Part shown: positions 10,489-20,632 of the stretch, one piece after another
How positions within the stretch are numbered: the stretch's first letter is position 1
How the letters are laid out: the number at the start of each line of letters is the position of its first letter
Source of the DNA: Rhizophagus irregularis
Lineage: Eukaryota
Assembly (NCBI RefSeq): GCF_026210795.1
Contig: NC_089432.1
Coordinates: forward strand, 3,658,001 to 3,722,000
DNA: 64,000 nucleotides
Direction: 5' to 3'
The notes under the pieces: model-generated
Database searches by the model: none
What the model was told of the DNA's origin: nothing
Seen by the model: only the letters and a program-made list of their open reading frames with translations
Translations under genes and position numbers: made by a program

Positions 10489-12431
10489 TAAGAACTCTTT
10501 CCCGAATACATTTTTTACGAAAATTTCTGCGTAATAATTTTTTTTAAAAAATAATCCCCTTTATTAAATTTTATTACATAAATATAAAAATGTCTATAGA
10601 TAAGAGCCTAACACCAAACGAAGAAGCTTTAGACTTCGTTTCTAAGTTTAACGAAATTTATTTTCAAACTTTTACACACAACTTAAGTTCTTTTGTTACA
10701 GACGGTTTTCTTAAGGACTTATTTGAAAAAAACCCTTCAGTACCTAAGGATAAAGCCCAGATACTGATAGAGTGGTTTGGCGAAACAGCCAACCCTACGA
10801 ACTTCACTTCACAAGCTCAAGCTACGAATATACAACCCACTACCCTTTCGCTAATATTTTCTATAGCGCTATATTCTGCGTCCAAGTCTTGGGATAATTT
10901 TTCTACCCAATTCTATCTCAATTTTGGCGATACGGGTGTTGATGATGATGACGATGACGATGGTTCTCAGAATACTGATGATTATCTAATGGATGAGTCA
11001 TTTCCGCTTGAGCCCGATGAAGATGAATTATTACGCCGAGGATTCCAAAAACCACCAAATCCAGTACCTATCAAGCTTCCATCAATGCCTGATATAGTAA
11101 TGACCCCTGTTGATCAAACTGTGATACCCAAAAATTCCCGGAAGAAAGATAAACAAAAGGCGCGTGTTACAGATGATAAACAAGTCGCGAACCAATCAAC
11201 AAAGGCAAAACCTGATGTGAAAACATCAGCCCAAAATTCCCAAAAGGGAAAGAAATCATCTGAACTGGAGGCAACACAGATACTGACTGGATACGAAGCT
11301 GTCGGAGAGGAGCAAGAGCGAATCCGAGACATTATAGTTTACGATATCCCGTATACCTGGAACCTGCAGAAAATAATAGCAGAGTTAAAATTTTGGGGGA
11401 ACGCTATTAAATGTTCCGTTAAACGGCAACATAAGTATCAGACTCTTCGAGTCAAAATAGCACTTTCCTCATTTGCCCTTCCCCAGTTTAATAAATATTG
11501 GACGACAGACCTGGGAGGTATACCCGTTAGATGGTTCCCTGCGAGTTGGACTTTACGAGAAAGAAAACAACGTGAAAAGTTCCAAGCCGTTATTCATGAC
11601 ATTCCGGAGGATATGACGATGGCTACCTTGTGGATGGACCGTAAACCATGTGAATTTTTAATGAAGTGCGGTGCTAGCTCATTTAAAATTATACAAACAA
11701 GCAAAGGAAGGAGGAAACTTGTGGCCTATTTCGAGAATTGGGAGACCACACTAAGGGCCTTAGATACGCCACAGTTTTTCGTACCTGATGGTAAGGAGTT
11801 GAAATGGTGTCGACACTCCATTCCTACCTTGAAGAAAGCACAAAACAAACCGAAGGCTAAAAATACACCGAATCCGAAAATATCAGGTAAGTCTGATAAG
11901 AATTTGGAAAGTAATCAGCCTAAGAAGAAGGATAAACCTTCATCCTCGAAGAAAGTCCCGAAAAATAATAACCAGGAGGAGAAACACCCGAAGAATCAGA
12001 AGAAGGCAAAGAATACCTCGAAGAAAAAGGGTGGTAATAAAGATAACAAGGCGGTTTTAGCAGAGATTTTAACTTTATTACAGAAACTAGTTTAGCCTAC
12101 GCTTTTATTAGCGGTTTTACGAATTTCAGAATTGTATTATTTTTTAGGATAGAATAGATTTATGTTTAGCACCACAACTTCTTGGAAAGGGGACTTGTCC
12201 TCTCCACTTTTTTTCCCGCTCCTATTTTTTACCCAGTGCGTTCACCTGGCCTTTTACCGGACGTGGTAGTGGTACAGGTCACTTTTTTCCAATTAGCTCG
12301 GGTTGGCTTCCGGCTCCTCCGGAAATCGTTGGTAGGTTTATGTTGGGTTGTATTACTTAGGTTTTATTACTTAGGAATCATGCTCATTTGTATATCCCCC
12401 GCCGGCTTTACATAAAATAAAATAAAATAAA
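10489..12431 (+). mobile_element. ORF1-only non-LTR retroelement, copy C (full length, intact ORF)
   Basis: 14-bp TSD TAGGCGTTCGGGCC at 10475-10488 and 12432-12445. ~100-nt 5' UTR starting AACTCTTTCCCGAATAC, ~320-nt 3' UTR, (TAAAA/TAAA)n tail at 12413-12431. Confidence 0.92.
10590..12095 (+). CDS. Putative retroelement ORF1/gag-like nucleic-acid-binding protein (501 aa)
   Basis: Intronless open frame. ~110-aa N-terminal domain, acidic and Pro/Lys-rich linker, two RRM-like repeats (DIIVYDIPYTW..., FQAVIHDIPED...VAYFENWE), Lys-rich tail and terminal amphipathic helix KAVLAEILTLLQKLV. No RT, endonuclease or CCHC motif seen. The RRM call is by eye. Confidence 0.85.
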   Translation: MSIDKSLTPNEEALDFVSKFNEIYFQTFTHNLSSFVTDGFLKDLFEKNPSVPKDKAQILIEWFGETANPTNFTSQAQATNIQPTTLSLIFSIALYSASKSWDNFSTQFYLNFGDTGVDDDDDDDGSQNTDDYLMDESFPLEPDEDELLRRGFQKPPNPVPIKLPSMPDIVMTPVDQTVIPKNSRKKDKQKARVTDDKQVANQSTKAKPDVKTSAQNSQKGKKSSELEATQILTGYEAVGEEQERIRDIIVYDIPYTWNLQKIIAELKFWGNAIKCSVKRQHKYQTLRVKIALSSFALPQFNKYWTTDLGGIPVRWFPASWTLRERKQREKFQAVIHDIPEDMTMATLWMDRKPCEFLMKCGASSFKIIQTSKGRRKLVAYFENWETTLRALDTPQFFVPDGKELKWCRHSIPTLKKAQNKPKAKNTPNPKISGKSDKNLESNQPKKKDKPSSSKKVPKNNNQEEKHPKNQKKAKNTSKKKGGNKDNKAVLAEILTLLQKLV

Positions 12432-13539
12432 TAGGCGTTCGGGCCAATCAGCCCTTCGTTATGAGAAAATTTGCTAATGCTATAACAAATTATCCGGTAT
12501 AGCAGAAAAATTTGGTATAATGCGGTAAAATATAGAAAAATCAAATACATTTGTAAAATGTCAGATCACGGAGGCAAAGAAATTTCAAAGCATAAATCAT
12601 CCATCTTTTGATAAATGAATTAAAATGGTAAACTGAAATTGCTTATTTGGGAAAAATTTCATGAAAGCAACATCAAATTATCTTTTATATTAAAATTTAT
12701 CTTGCAAAAATCTTCGTTATACTAAAAAACAAATTCGTTTTAAAAGAAATTCATTATAAAAAGGGTCATTTACATATGTGAAATCATAAAATTTTCTTCA
12801 TTCAACGTTATAATGCATTTTATTAGTAAAATTCGGTGTACCGAATTTTTTTTCATATGACTAAATGCGTACCACACTAAAGATTCGTTATATCGTGAAA
12901 TTTGTTATATCAAAATTCGCTATAGAAAGGGCTGACTGTAACTATGCATGATATAACTATACCTTAAAGTTTTGAATTATTCCGGCATCCATTGGCTAAA
13001 GTTTTGATGTTATATTTGGTGGAAGAAACACGATTCGAATATTAGTAAGTTGAAGATTATTTTTTTTTCCTCCTCTATTATCTCTTTTCTTTTTGAATTT
13101 TGATTTGAAGATTCTTCAGATTCATCACTAAAATCATTCTCATCATCATCACTGTAATCATCATTATAATTATCATTATCATCATTATAATCACCATCAT
13201 CATCATCGCTCACAATCATCAATTTCATCATTTTTATCAGAAGAAATGACAAATTTGTGTGATGCAGCATTATCAATAATTAAAACTATGATTTCCAGAT
13301 GCATTTAATGCTAACATCACAGTTATCCTAGTTTTATCCTATAAAATAAACAATAAATTTTGAATTTAGAACATCCAACTTTTATTTTATTAAATGTAAA
13401 TATAAATAATATTGAAAAATAAAATAAAAATCGTAATAATCTTAATATAATAATCAATCTTAAAGTTTTATTAATAATAAAAGATTGCCAGAATTTAAAA
13501 TTAAATTTTTTTTCCTCTAATTTATCTATAAAAATAAAA

Positions 13540-13935
13540 TGTTTAATCGATAAAAAAATAAGATATTTACCAACAAATAAAATACTGAAATGTTTGTTGA
13601 TAAAAAAATCTAATTTATCAAAATGTTTATCGATAAAAAAGAAATAAAAATAGTGTTTATCGATAAAAAGAGATAAAAAAAGAAATGATTATTGATAAAA
13701 AAAGAAATGATTATCGATAATAAAAAAAAAAGAATATGTTTATAATGTATCGATAAAAAAAGAATGGTTGATAAAAAAAAGAATAAAAAGACAGAAATGT
13801 TTATACTTTATCAATATAAAGGATAAAAAAAAGCAATGTTTATCAATAAAGAAAAAAATTAAAATAAATAGAACAAAAAAAATTTTTTTTTCTAATATTA
13901 TCGATAAAAAAAATATTGATAAATATTATCAATAA
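13540..13935. repeat. Degenerate tandem repeats of (ATG)TTTATCGATAAAAAA inside the pogo element
   Basis: About a dozen imperfect TATCGATAAAA units in an A-rich intron-like interval. Confidence 0.6.
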
Positions 13936-15046
13936 AAATAACAAAAATTATTATAATTTTAAATTAACTCCGTTTCGGAAATAACCCAAAATTAAAAAAG
14001 AAAACTAATAAACCTTTTTAGTTCTACTGACGGGTTCTTGTGCAAGAGTTTCATTAGGAAACATACGAAAAAATAGTCCTGTCTCATCTGCATTATAGAT
14101 ATCATCAGGATTATATTGTCTTAAGATGCGCTGAAGCCATTCTTTTTCTTGAGATAAAGTTTCTAATGGAGCACTTGCCAATTCTCCATAAAGTTTACGA
14201 CATCAAAGGCCATTTTTTTTTAAAAAAACGCACGAGCCAGCCATTTGAAAAAGTCAAAGTATTTTCAGACAATCCTAAACCATGTGCAAAAAACACAGCT
14301 TTCTCTTTTAAAATTGCGTCTGAGATAAACATTCGGCTACTAAGAGCCTGACCAACCCAAATTCTCAAAGCTTCATTTAGCTGTGGAACTTTAACTTGAC
14401 GTGAACATTTTGAAAGAGCATAAACACTATTATCTTCTATTGCCAAAAATTCCTTTTTCTTTTTTAATATCCTGGAAATTGTTGATCTATCCATGTTTTT
14501 AGCCCATTGTATATTAAAAAATGAAGCAATTTCGGTTTGACTTTTTCCAGGATGCTTACTAGTATAAACACAAATCTTTTTACATTGTATTTTAGTTAGA
14601 GAAGAGCGAGTTTTTTTTGTATGTCTTGAAGGTGGCATACTAAAATATAATGTAAAAACGTGTTAGATATTAAAAATGCTAAACTTCTTTTAGATATTAA
14701 AAAAGATTATCATTATATAATCTAGAAATCAAATTTATATCAGTAAAAAATATTCATGTGACTACACGATACTTTTTAATATAAGATTTTTAAGGATAGA
14801 TTGTGACTATATAGGATAGATTTTAATAATAAAGTGTTTTGAACATCTGACTGGTGTGACTATATAGTAGAATGTGACTATAACGGGAATGACTATAGAG
14901 GGAGTTGACTGTACATCATATGCAGTCCGCAGATCAGCAGGTGTTCATCTGACAATGTAAACATTGATTTTTTTGCTCTATTTTTACCTTCGCTAAGTTT
15001 GAACTACTGTTTTTTACAATTTCAACATTTTTTTTTTACTACCAAC

Positions 15047-15234
15047 TGTAAGGTTGCAGGCGAAACTCCATAATAAATGCGAAACTTGGTAAAACTATAT
15101 TAAAAACTTAATAATAAATTGGTAAAACCTAACTATAAAAAGGTGAAACTATAATAAATTCTTATAAAAAAATTGTCGAAACTGAGGTTTAGACGTTTTG
15201 CCAAATTCAAAAACTAGTTTAGCCCGCAACTATA
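15047..15234. mobile_element. Short MITE with AAACT subterminal repeats
   Basis: Imperfect TIR GGTTGCAGGCGAAACT / AGTTTAGCCCGCAACT. Flanks CTACCAAC and CTACCAAG (7/8 match). Confidence 0.5.
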
Positions 15235-15270
15235 CTACCAAGTAAGTTTAGTATAAATTCTCATTATAAG

Positions 15271-17264
15271 TTATCCCCTGATCGACATCATTTACGTGGT
15301 TATGCAAGTGATTTATGCCTACTAGACGATCAATTCATATATATTTATTTATGCATTTCCAGTACATATAATAACTATAATTTATTTTGTGATATTAATA
15401 GTAATGTTTTTACATTTAATAAATTTAAGTTTACTATTGTTAAAAAGTAAGTCATTTTTACGTTTTGAAGGAACTGTATTTTGGATTTCAGATAGTGGTT
15501 CCCTTTCTGTTTCAGATGATATATCAATTTCCTCAGCATTAGAAATTGCTGCTTCATTAAAGGTTTTCTTTTGCATTGGATTTTTTCGCGTTTGAATTTT
15601 CTGTTGTATTAAAATTTTCTGGCACATCCTTGTAAATAAAATATACAAAATAATTAATAATATTTAAATAAAATTATTTCAATGGTTAATAACAATATAG
15701 TCAATAAACCTTAGAAACACTTGGGAGGGTTAACTTAGCGATAGTTAGCTTTTGTTTTTCATTCTGTTTTCGATATCTAATAAGCAAGACAAATTAATAA
15801 TTTGGTAGCAACATAAAATTAATAAATTAATAGTTACTTACACATTTAATCCTGCTAAAGATCAATGTAATGTTACGTTCATTATTGCTTGTGAATCTAA
15901 TCCCTCGTCATTTAATTTCTGAGCAGTATATTTTCGTAATGAATGATTTACAATTCTTTTATTTGTACAATCAATTCCTGTAATATTGCAGATCTCTTTT
16001 AACATTCCAGATAATTTGTTTCGACCCATATAAGAAGTAGTATACCAGTTTCCATTTTCAATTTCTAAACAATAAATATAATTTTTAATCAATGATTACT
16101 AGTTTTATTAAATGTGTAATTTAGGAAATAAATTAATACCTTTAGGATCTTTATTTATGCGAAGAAAAAAATTTGCTTCAGCATTTCTTGGACGCAATTT
16201 TAAATATTTCTTGATATCACAGCATGCGCCATGTACCCCTATTTCATCTGGTGGAATATTATGTATAGGATGTTGATTAGAATTTGTTTTATGGTAATAC
16301 CCGCCTTGATGAGTTTTATCATGAATTGTTATAACATTAAATCCACCATCATCTCGTTCTTTAAAATGTTCAGCTATAATATTATGGTAAGATCCACCTC
16401 TCCGTGTTGTACAACATCCAACCCATAAAAAGACCCTTCTTAATAGTCCATCTGGCATATTATTTGACATATCAGGATGTTCAAATATTTGGATCATTTC
16501 TTCATTAGTAAGAGGATCAGCTGCCATTATTAATTTCTTCTAATTCAATCATTCTAGCATGTAAAGTATCACGTACAGATCTAAACTCATGATCTTCATG
16601 TATATTAAATGATTCATTAGTTTTAAATATTTTCTGATAGAACCTATTTATAGCACATATTCCATTGTATAAAGAGTTTGCTTTGTATTCTTTATTCTCC
16701 CTTGTTTTTATAACTATTATAAATTCACATAAAAGTAGTGCAATAACCTTTTTATCATAAAGAGTAAGTAAATCTATAGCAGGTTGTGTATTTTTTACAA
16801 ATTTGTCAAATCTAGAAAACCATAAACGTGTATTTTGTTGAATATTTTTAGGTTTTACAACTGTAGCATACTTTTGTAAAGTTTCTATACAAGGACGGTT
16901 ATATGTTTCTTTAAAAGTGGATGATTTTAAAGGTTCTTTGTATATTTCAGAAAGTTGTGCATTTTCTATATGACTTAACTTTCTTTTAGTTCGTCTAAAA
17001 TAACAGTATTATTTTTTAAAATCAATAATTCGGAAGCTTTTATAAAACTAGCCATGTTAATATAGAGAAAAGGAGAAATAAGCTTTTAAAATTAAATTTG
17101 GGCTTTTTATACAATATTAGACTATTAGACTATTAGTAAGCTTTGATTACATAAATGACAGGGGATAAATCAATATATCCTGGCTAATTAGAAATAAGTA
17201 AAATTTTACTAGTATCGGATAAATGATCGGCCGATAGGCCGATCATGTTCCTAGCCAGGATATA
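15271..17264 (-). mobile_element. Crypton (tyrosine-recombinase DNA transposon)
   Basis: Recombinase gene bounded by inverted TTATCCCCTG (15271-15280) / CAGGGGATAA (17159-17168), followed by a second inverted pair TATATCCTGGCTA (17174-17186) / TAGCCAGGATATA (17252-17264). Both ends recur in a short derivative at 37252-37453. Confidence 0.8.
15382..17055 (-). pseudogene. Crypton tyrosine recombinase (DUF3504/ZMYM-related), intron-containing, with frameshift and stop
   Basis: Reads from ATG at 17055 through EYKANSLYNGICAINRF, ADPLTNEEM..LLRRVFLWVG..RRGG, WYTTSYMGRNKLSGMLKEIC and NHSLRKYTAQKL..AIMNVTLH*S, with Tyr after an intron: R..HxxR..H..Y tyrosine recombinase pattern. Frameshift near 16530. 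Confidence 0.8.
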
Positions 17265-17294
17265 AGTAATACTTATATCGATAGTTTTGTTAAA

Positions 17295-17490
17295 CATGAA
17301 GAAAGTGTCTGCGGTAGGATTGAGGCCTACCAGAAGCCAGTTATAATGAGTCACCATCAAGCGGTGGCCGGCTGACTTTGTTGCATCAGGACTATTATGG
17401 GGTTTGTTATCATGAAAGATGTCTGGTGTAGAGTTGGGTCTATCAGAAGCTAATTATAGCGAGTCACCTTCAAGTGGTGGCCAGTCTTAA
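17295..17490. repeat. Two imperfect ~80-bp direct repeats, GC-richer than background
   Basis: CATGAAG..GTCTG..CCAGAAGCCAGTTATAATGAGTCACCATCAAGCGGTGGCC versus CATGAAAG..GTCTG..TCAGAAGCTAATTATAGCGAGTCACCTTCAAGTGGTGGCC. Confidence 0.65.
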
Positions 17491-18668
17491 TTGAATAACT
17501 GCCCACTTTTTATTATCTACTTGACGCCTTTGTTTATGATAATACTCACAATCTCTTTTTTAACAAAGCAATAATGAAAGGAGAAAAAGAAAATGTTCTC
17601 AGGAACCAACTCCAATCACTTTTTTCTGATTAACCTATCCAACAGCGCGTTTGAAAAATATAAGAAATGTTTTAATCTTGCTTTGGATCATTGTGAGGAC
17701 GATAAGCTCGATAAGCTTAGAGCTGTGAATAATGACGTATGTATTTAAGTATGTTGACAATTTTGACGTAAAACAAAGTATTTTTAATGTCTATTCTCTT
17801 AAATAGGAAGTAACTTTACAAAGAGATTGGGAGACTTGGCTAAAAGAAAAAAAAGCTGTATATTTATTTCACGTATTTTTGAGTTATAGTTTCGTGATTT
17901 CTAAAATTAAATTATGCTTTATATTCTAGCTTGTTGAGCAAATCATGATACAGTTCTGCGCATTCAACATCAACTATGACCAATGTAAGCCATTTATTAA
18001 TTAGTATGATTTTGTAGTTCTTTCAATGTTACTTAAAAATATTTTTACTGTAGATTGAGCTGTCACTGAAATACCTGTTAGGGTAAGTATTTTCCTGTAT
18101 TATCATTGATTTTTATTATTAATGCTTTACTATTGTTATGATCAGAAATGAATAAACCAGTAATTCGACCAGAAATGAAACAATTGTATCCTCATAATTT
18201 CGTTTATGAAAAAAGTCAAATTTACTATTGAAGAAGACTCACCTGAAGATAAAAACTCAATTGAATCAAAAAATTCAGAGGAGAAAGGTAACAAGAATGT
18301 TGATTGGAGAAAGTGGTTAGAGAATATTCTAGACGTCAGTAAAATGACTACCTATGAGAAATAATTGTCAAATGATTATACTTTTTTACAGTCCTCGATA
18401 AAGAAAATCAGGGTAAAAATTTTGAGTCTATATACTGCAAAAAATGAATTTGATGACACCATGATACGATACATTGGAAAGGTGTTGATGGATTTGTAAG
18501 TTGTTTTTATTTTTTTTCAGTATTTGCAATATTTTATTTTAATTCATGTATTATAATAATATCAATTAATCATTAGCATCAACAAAATAATTGATGTGTT
18601 ATGTCTATTGATGAAATTGAACAAAACTGGCCTTTACAAATAAAATATTATTCTATTGGTAAGTGCTA

Positions 18669-18823
18669 TATACTTCTCCGCTAATTAATTATGTCGTATT
18701 TCAGCGAACGGACCAATTCACTATTTATTATAAAATTACTATGAATTAATTACGTCTGTCAAAATACATTACGTCTGTCAAAATGAATTTAATTAGTATT
18801 TTGTCATTTTGACGAAAAGTATA
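18669..18823. mobile_element. MITE with TATAC...GTATA termini and 8-bp TSD
   Basis: TSD AAGTGCTA at 18661-18668 and 18824-18831. Short TIR TATACTT / AAGTATA. Confidence 0.65.
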
Positions 18824-19404
18824 AAGTGCTATTTTCTTCCAGAAATTTTCACAACTTATAAAACCTACCTACTTGTGTACTCAAACCTATAGGATTGAAC
18901 ATGATATCGAGCCTACACATGAATGTCTTGTCACCAAAAACAACAGTTCAAACAGGACCCTGCTTACTTTTAATAGAGGTCACTGTAAAATTTTAAGATT
19001 TATATGTAAATAATATCTTACTCCAAATTTTCCTTCTACTAAGTAATTTTACCACCTTTCCAGTTACATTTTTAAATCACATATATTTTTACCTTACAAG
19101 TTCAGTAACATTTATAATTATAGATTATATAAAACATAATTTATTTTATACATTTGGTACTTTTTATTTCTTTTAAAATTGGCCTAATTTTTAGATATAA
19201 TTATTTTAAAAAAATGTAAAAAGTTCCTATTTAAAATAAGTTCAAAATTGATCAATAGTTACAAATATTTTTTGGCAAAAAAAAAATAAAAAAAATAACT
19301 TATATTTATCCCACCTACCCTTTCTGTTCTTTGCTTTATTTTATAATTTTTTATATTACATGGATATCCATAAAAATTCTTTTTTACATATTTATTTTTT
19401 TAAT

Positions 19405-19740
19405 TTTATGTGTTTGTGTAATAAATTTGTACGTGTCTGTATTTGTGTAATGAAATTTTACGTGTCCGTATAATGAACTTATGCTAAAAATGATATAATA
19501 AATTTTACGTGTTTGTGTAATGAAATTTTATGTGTCCGTATAATAAACTTGTAACTAAAAATAATATAATAAATTTTACGTGTTTGTGTAATGAAATTTT
19601 ATGTGTCCGTGTAATAAACTTGTAACTAAAAATAGTATAATAAATTTTACGTGTCCGTGTAATAAACTTGTAACTAAAAATAGTATAATAAATTTTACGT
19701 GTCTGTGTAATAAACTTTATGCTAAAAATAATATATACTA
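19405..19740. repeat. Minisatellite built from TAATAAATTTTACGTGT(T/C) / TAATAAACTTGTAACTAAAAA subunits
   Basis: Higher-order tandem units of roughly 40-65 bp visible directly. Confidence 0.8.
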
Positions 19741-19839
19741 GTAATAAATTTTATAATTACAAGTTACATTTTAAAATCCTGTTTAATTTTACCATATACT
19801 TAACAGTTACATAAAAAAAACTTACCACAGAATTACATT

Positions 19840-20083
19840 GAGTGATACGAATAGTAGTAGAGTATGGTGGAGGTGTTGAGTAGAGTATAACGTGGATGTG
19901 GCATTATACTCAAGTGATAAATAAACACCTCAGCCCAAGCTCAGCCCAGCGTTTTGGCCGGGTGTCTATTCATCACTTGAGTATAGTTCACACCCTTTAT
20001 GTTACACACCGCTAAACATCACAATACTCTACTCAACACACCGGCCCTACTCTACTACTTTTCGTCTTACCTTCGTATCACTC
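19840..20083. repeat. Long imperfect fold-back (~245 nt)
   Basis: Nested pairs GAGTGATACGAA/TTCGTATCACTC, AGTAGTAGAGTA/TACTCTACTACT, GTGTTGAGTAGAGTAT/ATACTCTACTCAACAC and TATACTCAAGTGAT/ATCACTTGAGTATA. Confidence 0.85.
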
Positions 20084-20233
20084 CTGCCAAATGTCACCAT
20101 ACTATACTCATCACCTCAACCTGACACCACTCCTTTCCGTAATACTGATATTTCTAGGGCTATTTTAGCTGTTCATATATTAAATCCGCTTACAGTTAAG
20201 CAAAATGATAATTTGGATATCTCATTGTCATCT

Positions 20234-20632
20234 ATGTCTTTTCGACAACTAACGGTCAAGACTGCTTTTTGTAATGGCTAGCCATCCTTCTGATATAATT
20301 AGAATGGATTTGATGACATTGCAAGCAACGGATAATAGTTATTCATTTGATTGCGTAGCTCCAAAGGAATATAATATTGCTTCGGTAATGTATTTTTATA
20401 GGATCTTATGCAGATAACCTTTTACTTTGTCCTTTTTCAACGTTAAAGGTTTTTTTAAGTAAAACAGAGCATTTGGATGTTCGAAAATGCAGGCATTGAT
20501 TTATCAACAGTTTTAGCATTAGGAAATTGGACAAGTAACATCACTTTTCAAAGGTTTTACCAAAGGGGTGTACACGTTATGTTAGAAAAGAATAATGTTT
20601 CTAGGCAAATTTTAAAGGAAGCCCTTTTTTGA
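20234..20632 (+). pseudogene. DIRS-type retrotransposon tyrosine recombinase remnant (not in the ORF track)
   Basis: Frameshifted fragments MSFRQLTVKTAF, ASHPSDIIRMDL, LLLCPFSTLKVFLSKT and AGIDLSTVLALGNWTSNITFQRFYQR resemble DIRS recombinase motifs (LTxKT, RPSDL, LCP, GNWSS..TF..FY). Confidence 0.7.

Larger units (their letters stand above)
10451..12938. mobile_element. Tc1/pogo-type MITE (~530 bp net) in an intron of the pogo transposase; hosts retroelement copy C
   Basis: TIRs CAGTCAGCCCTT (10451) and AAGGGCTGACTG (ending 12938), TA on both sides. Confidence 0.85.
6724..14638 (-). pseudogene. pogo/CENP-B-like DDD transposase, fragmented by introns, insertions, frameshift, stop and internal deletion
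   Basis: CENP-B-like HTH (14195-14638); IYNADETGLF (~14075-14100); RITVMLALNASG and LIIDNAASH (~13255-13320); FLPPNITSKL*PMDAGIIQNFK (~12963-13030); VKYKQLYVRHLIEQFE (split by copy B); AWESVEQKTICNCW (~8230-8280); C-terminal QKSIDNYF near 6730-6760. Confidence 0.88.
6475..14911 (-). mobile_element. pogo/Tigger-type (Tc1/mariner superfamily) DNA transposon hosting nested insertions
   Basis: TIRs CAGTCAACTCTCTTTATAGTCA (6475) and TGACTATAGAGGGAGTTGACTG (ending 14911), each flanked by TA. Transposase fragments lie between them. Confidence 0.88.

Noticed and set aside
3580..11332. Antisense 72-aa ORFs (3580-3798, 9523-9741, 11114-11332) and similar shadows
   Set aside because: Opposite-strand shadows of the ORF1-like gene, repeated only because the element is repeated.
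12182..12415. Small second ORF (74-80 aa) in the 3' UTR of all three retroelement copies (also 2506-2730, 8446-8688)
   Set aside because: The starts are not ATG, peptides diverge quickly and length differences occur. Conservation is better explained by RNA structure, although translation cannot be fully excluded.
12096..12431. Self-cleaving ribozyme (hammerhead or HDV-like) in the element UTRs
   Set aside because: No CTGATGA..GAAA core or HDV-like nested pseudoknot was found by eye. An Infernal scan against Rfam would be decisive.
17560..18660. Multi-exon gene on the plus strand
   Set aside because: Short GT-AG intron-like segments are visible, but I could not build an open spliced frame or recognise a domain. 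Probably a pseudogene fragment.
19405..19740. CRISPR-like array
   Set aside because: No unique spacers, degenerate tandem units, eukaryotic context and no cas genes.
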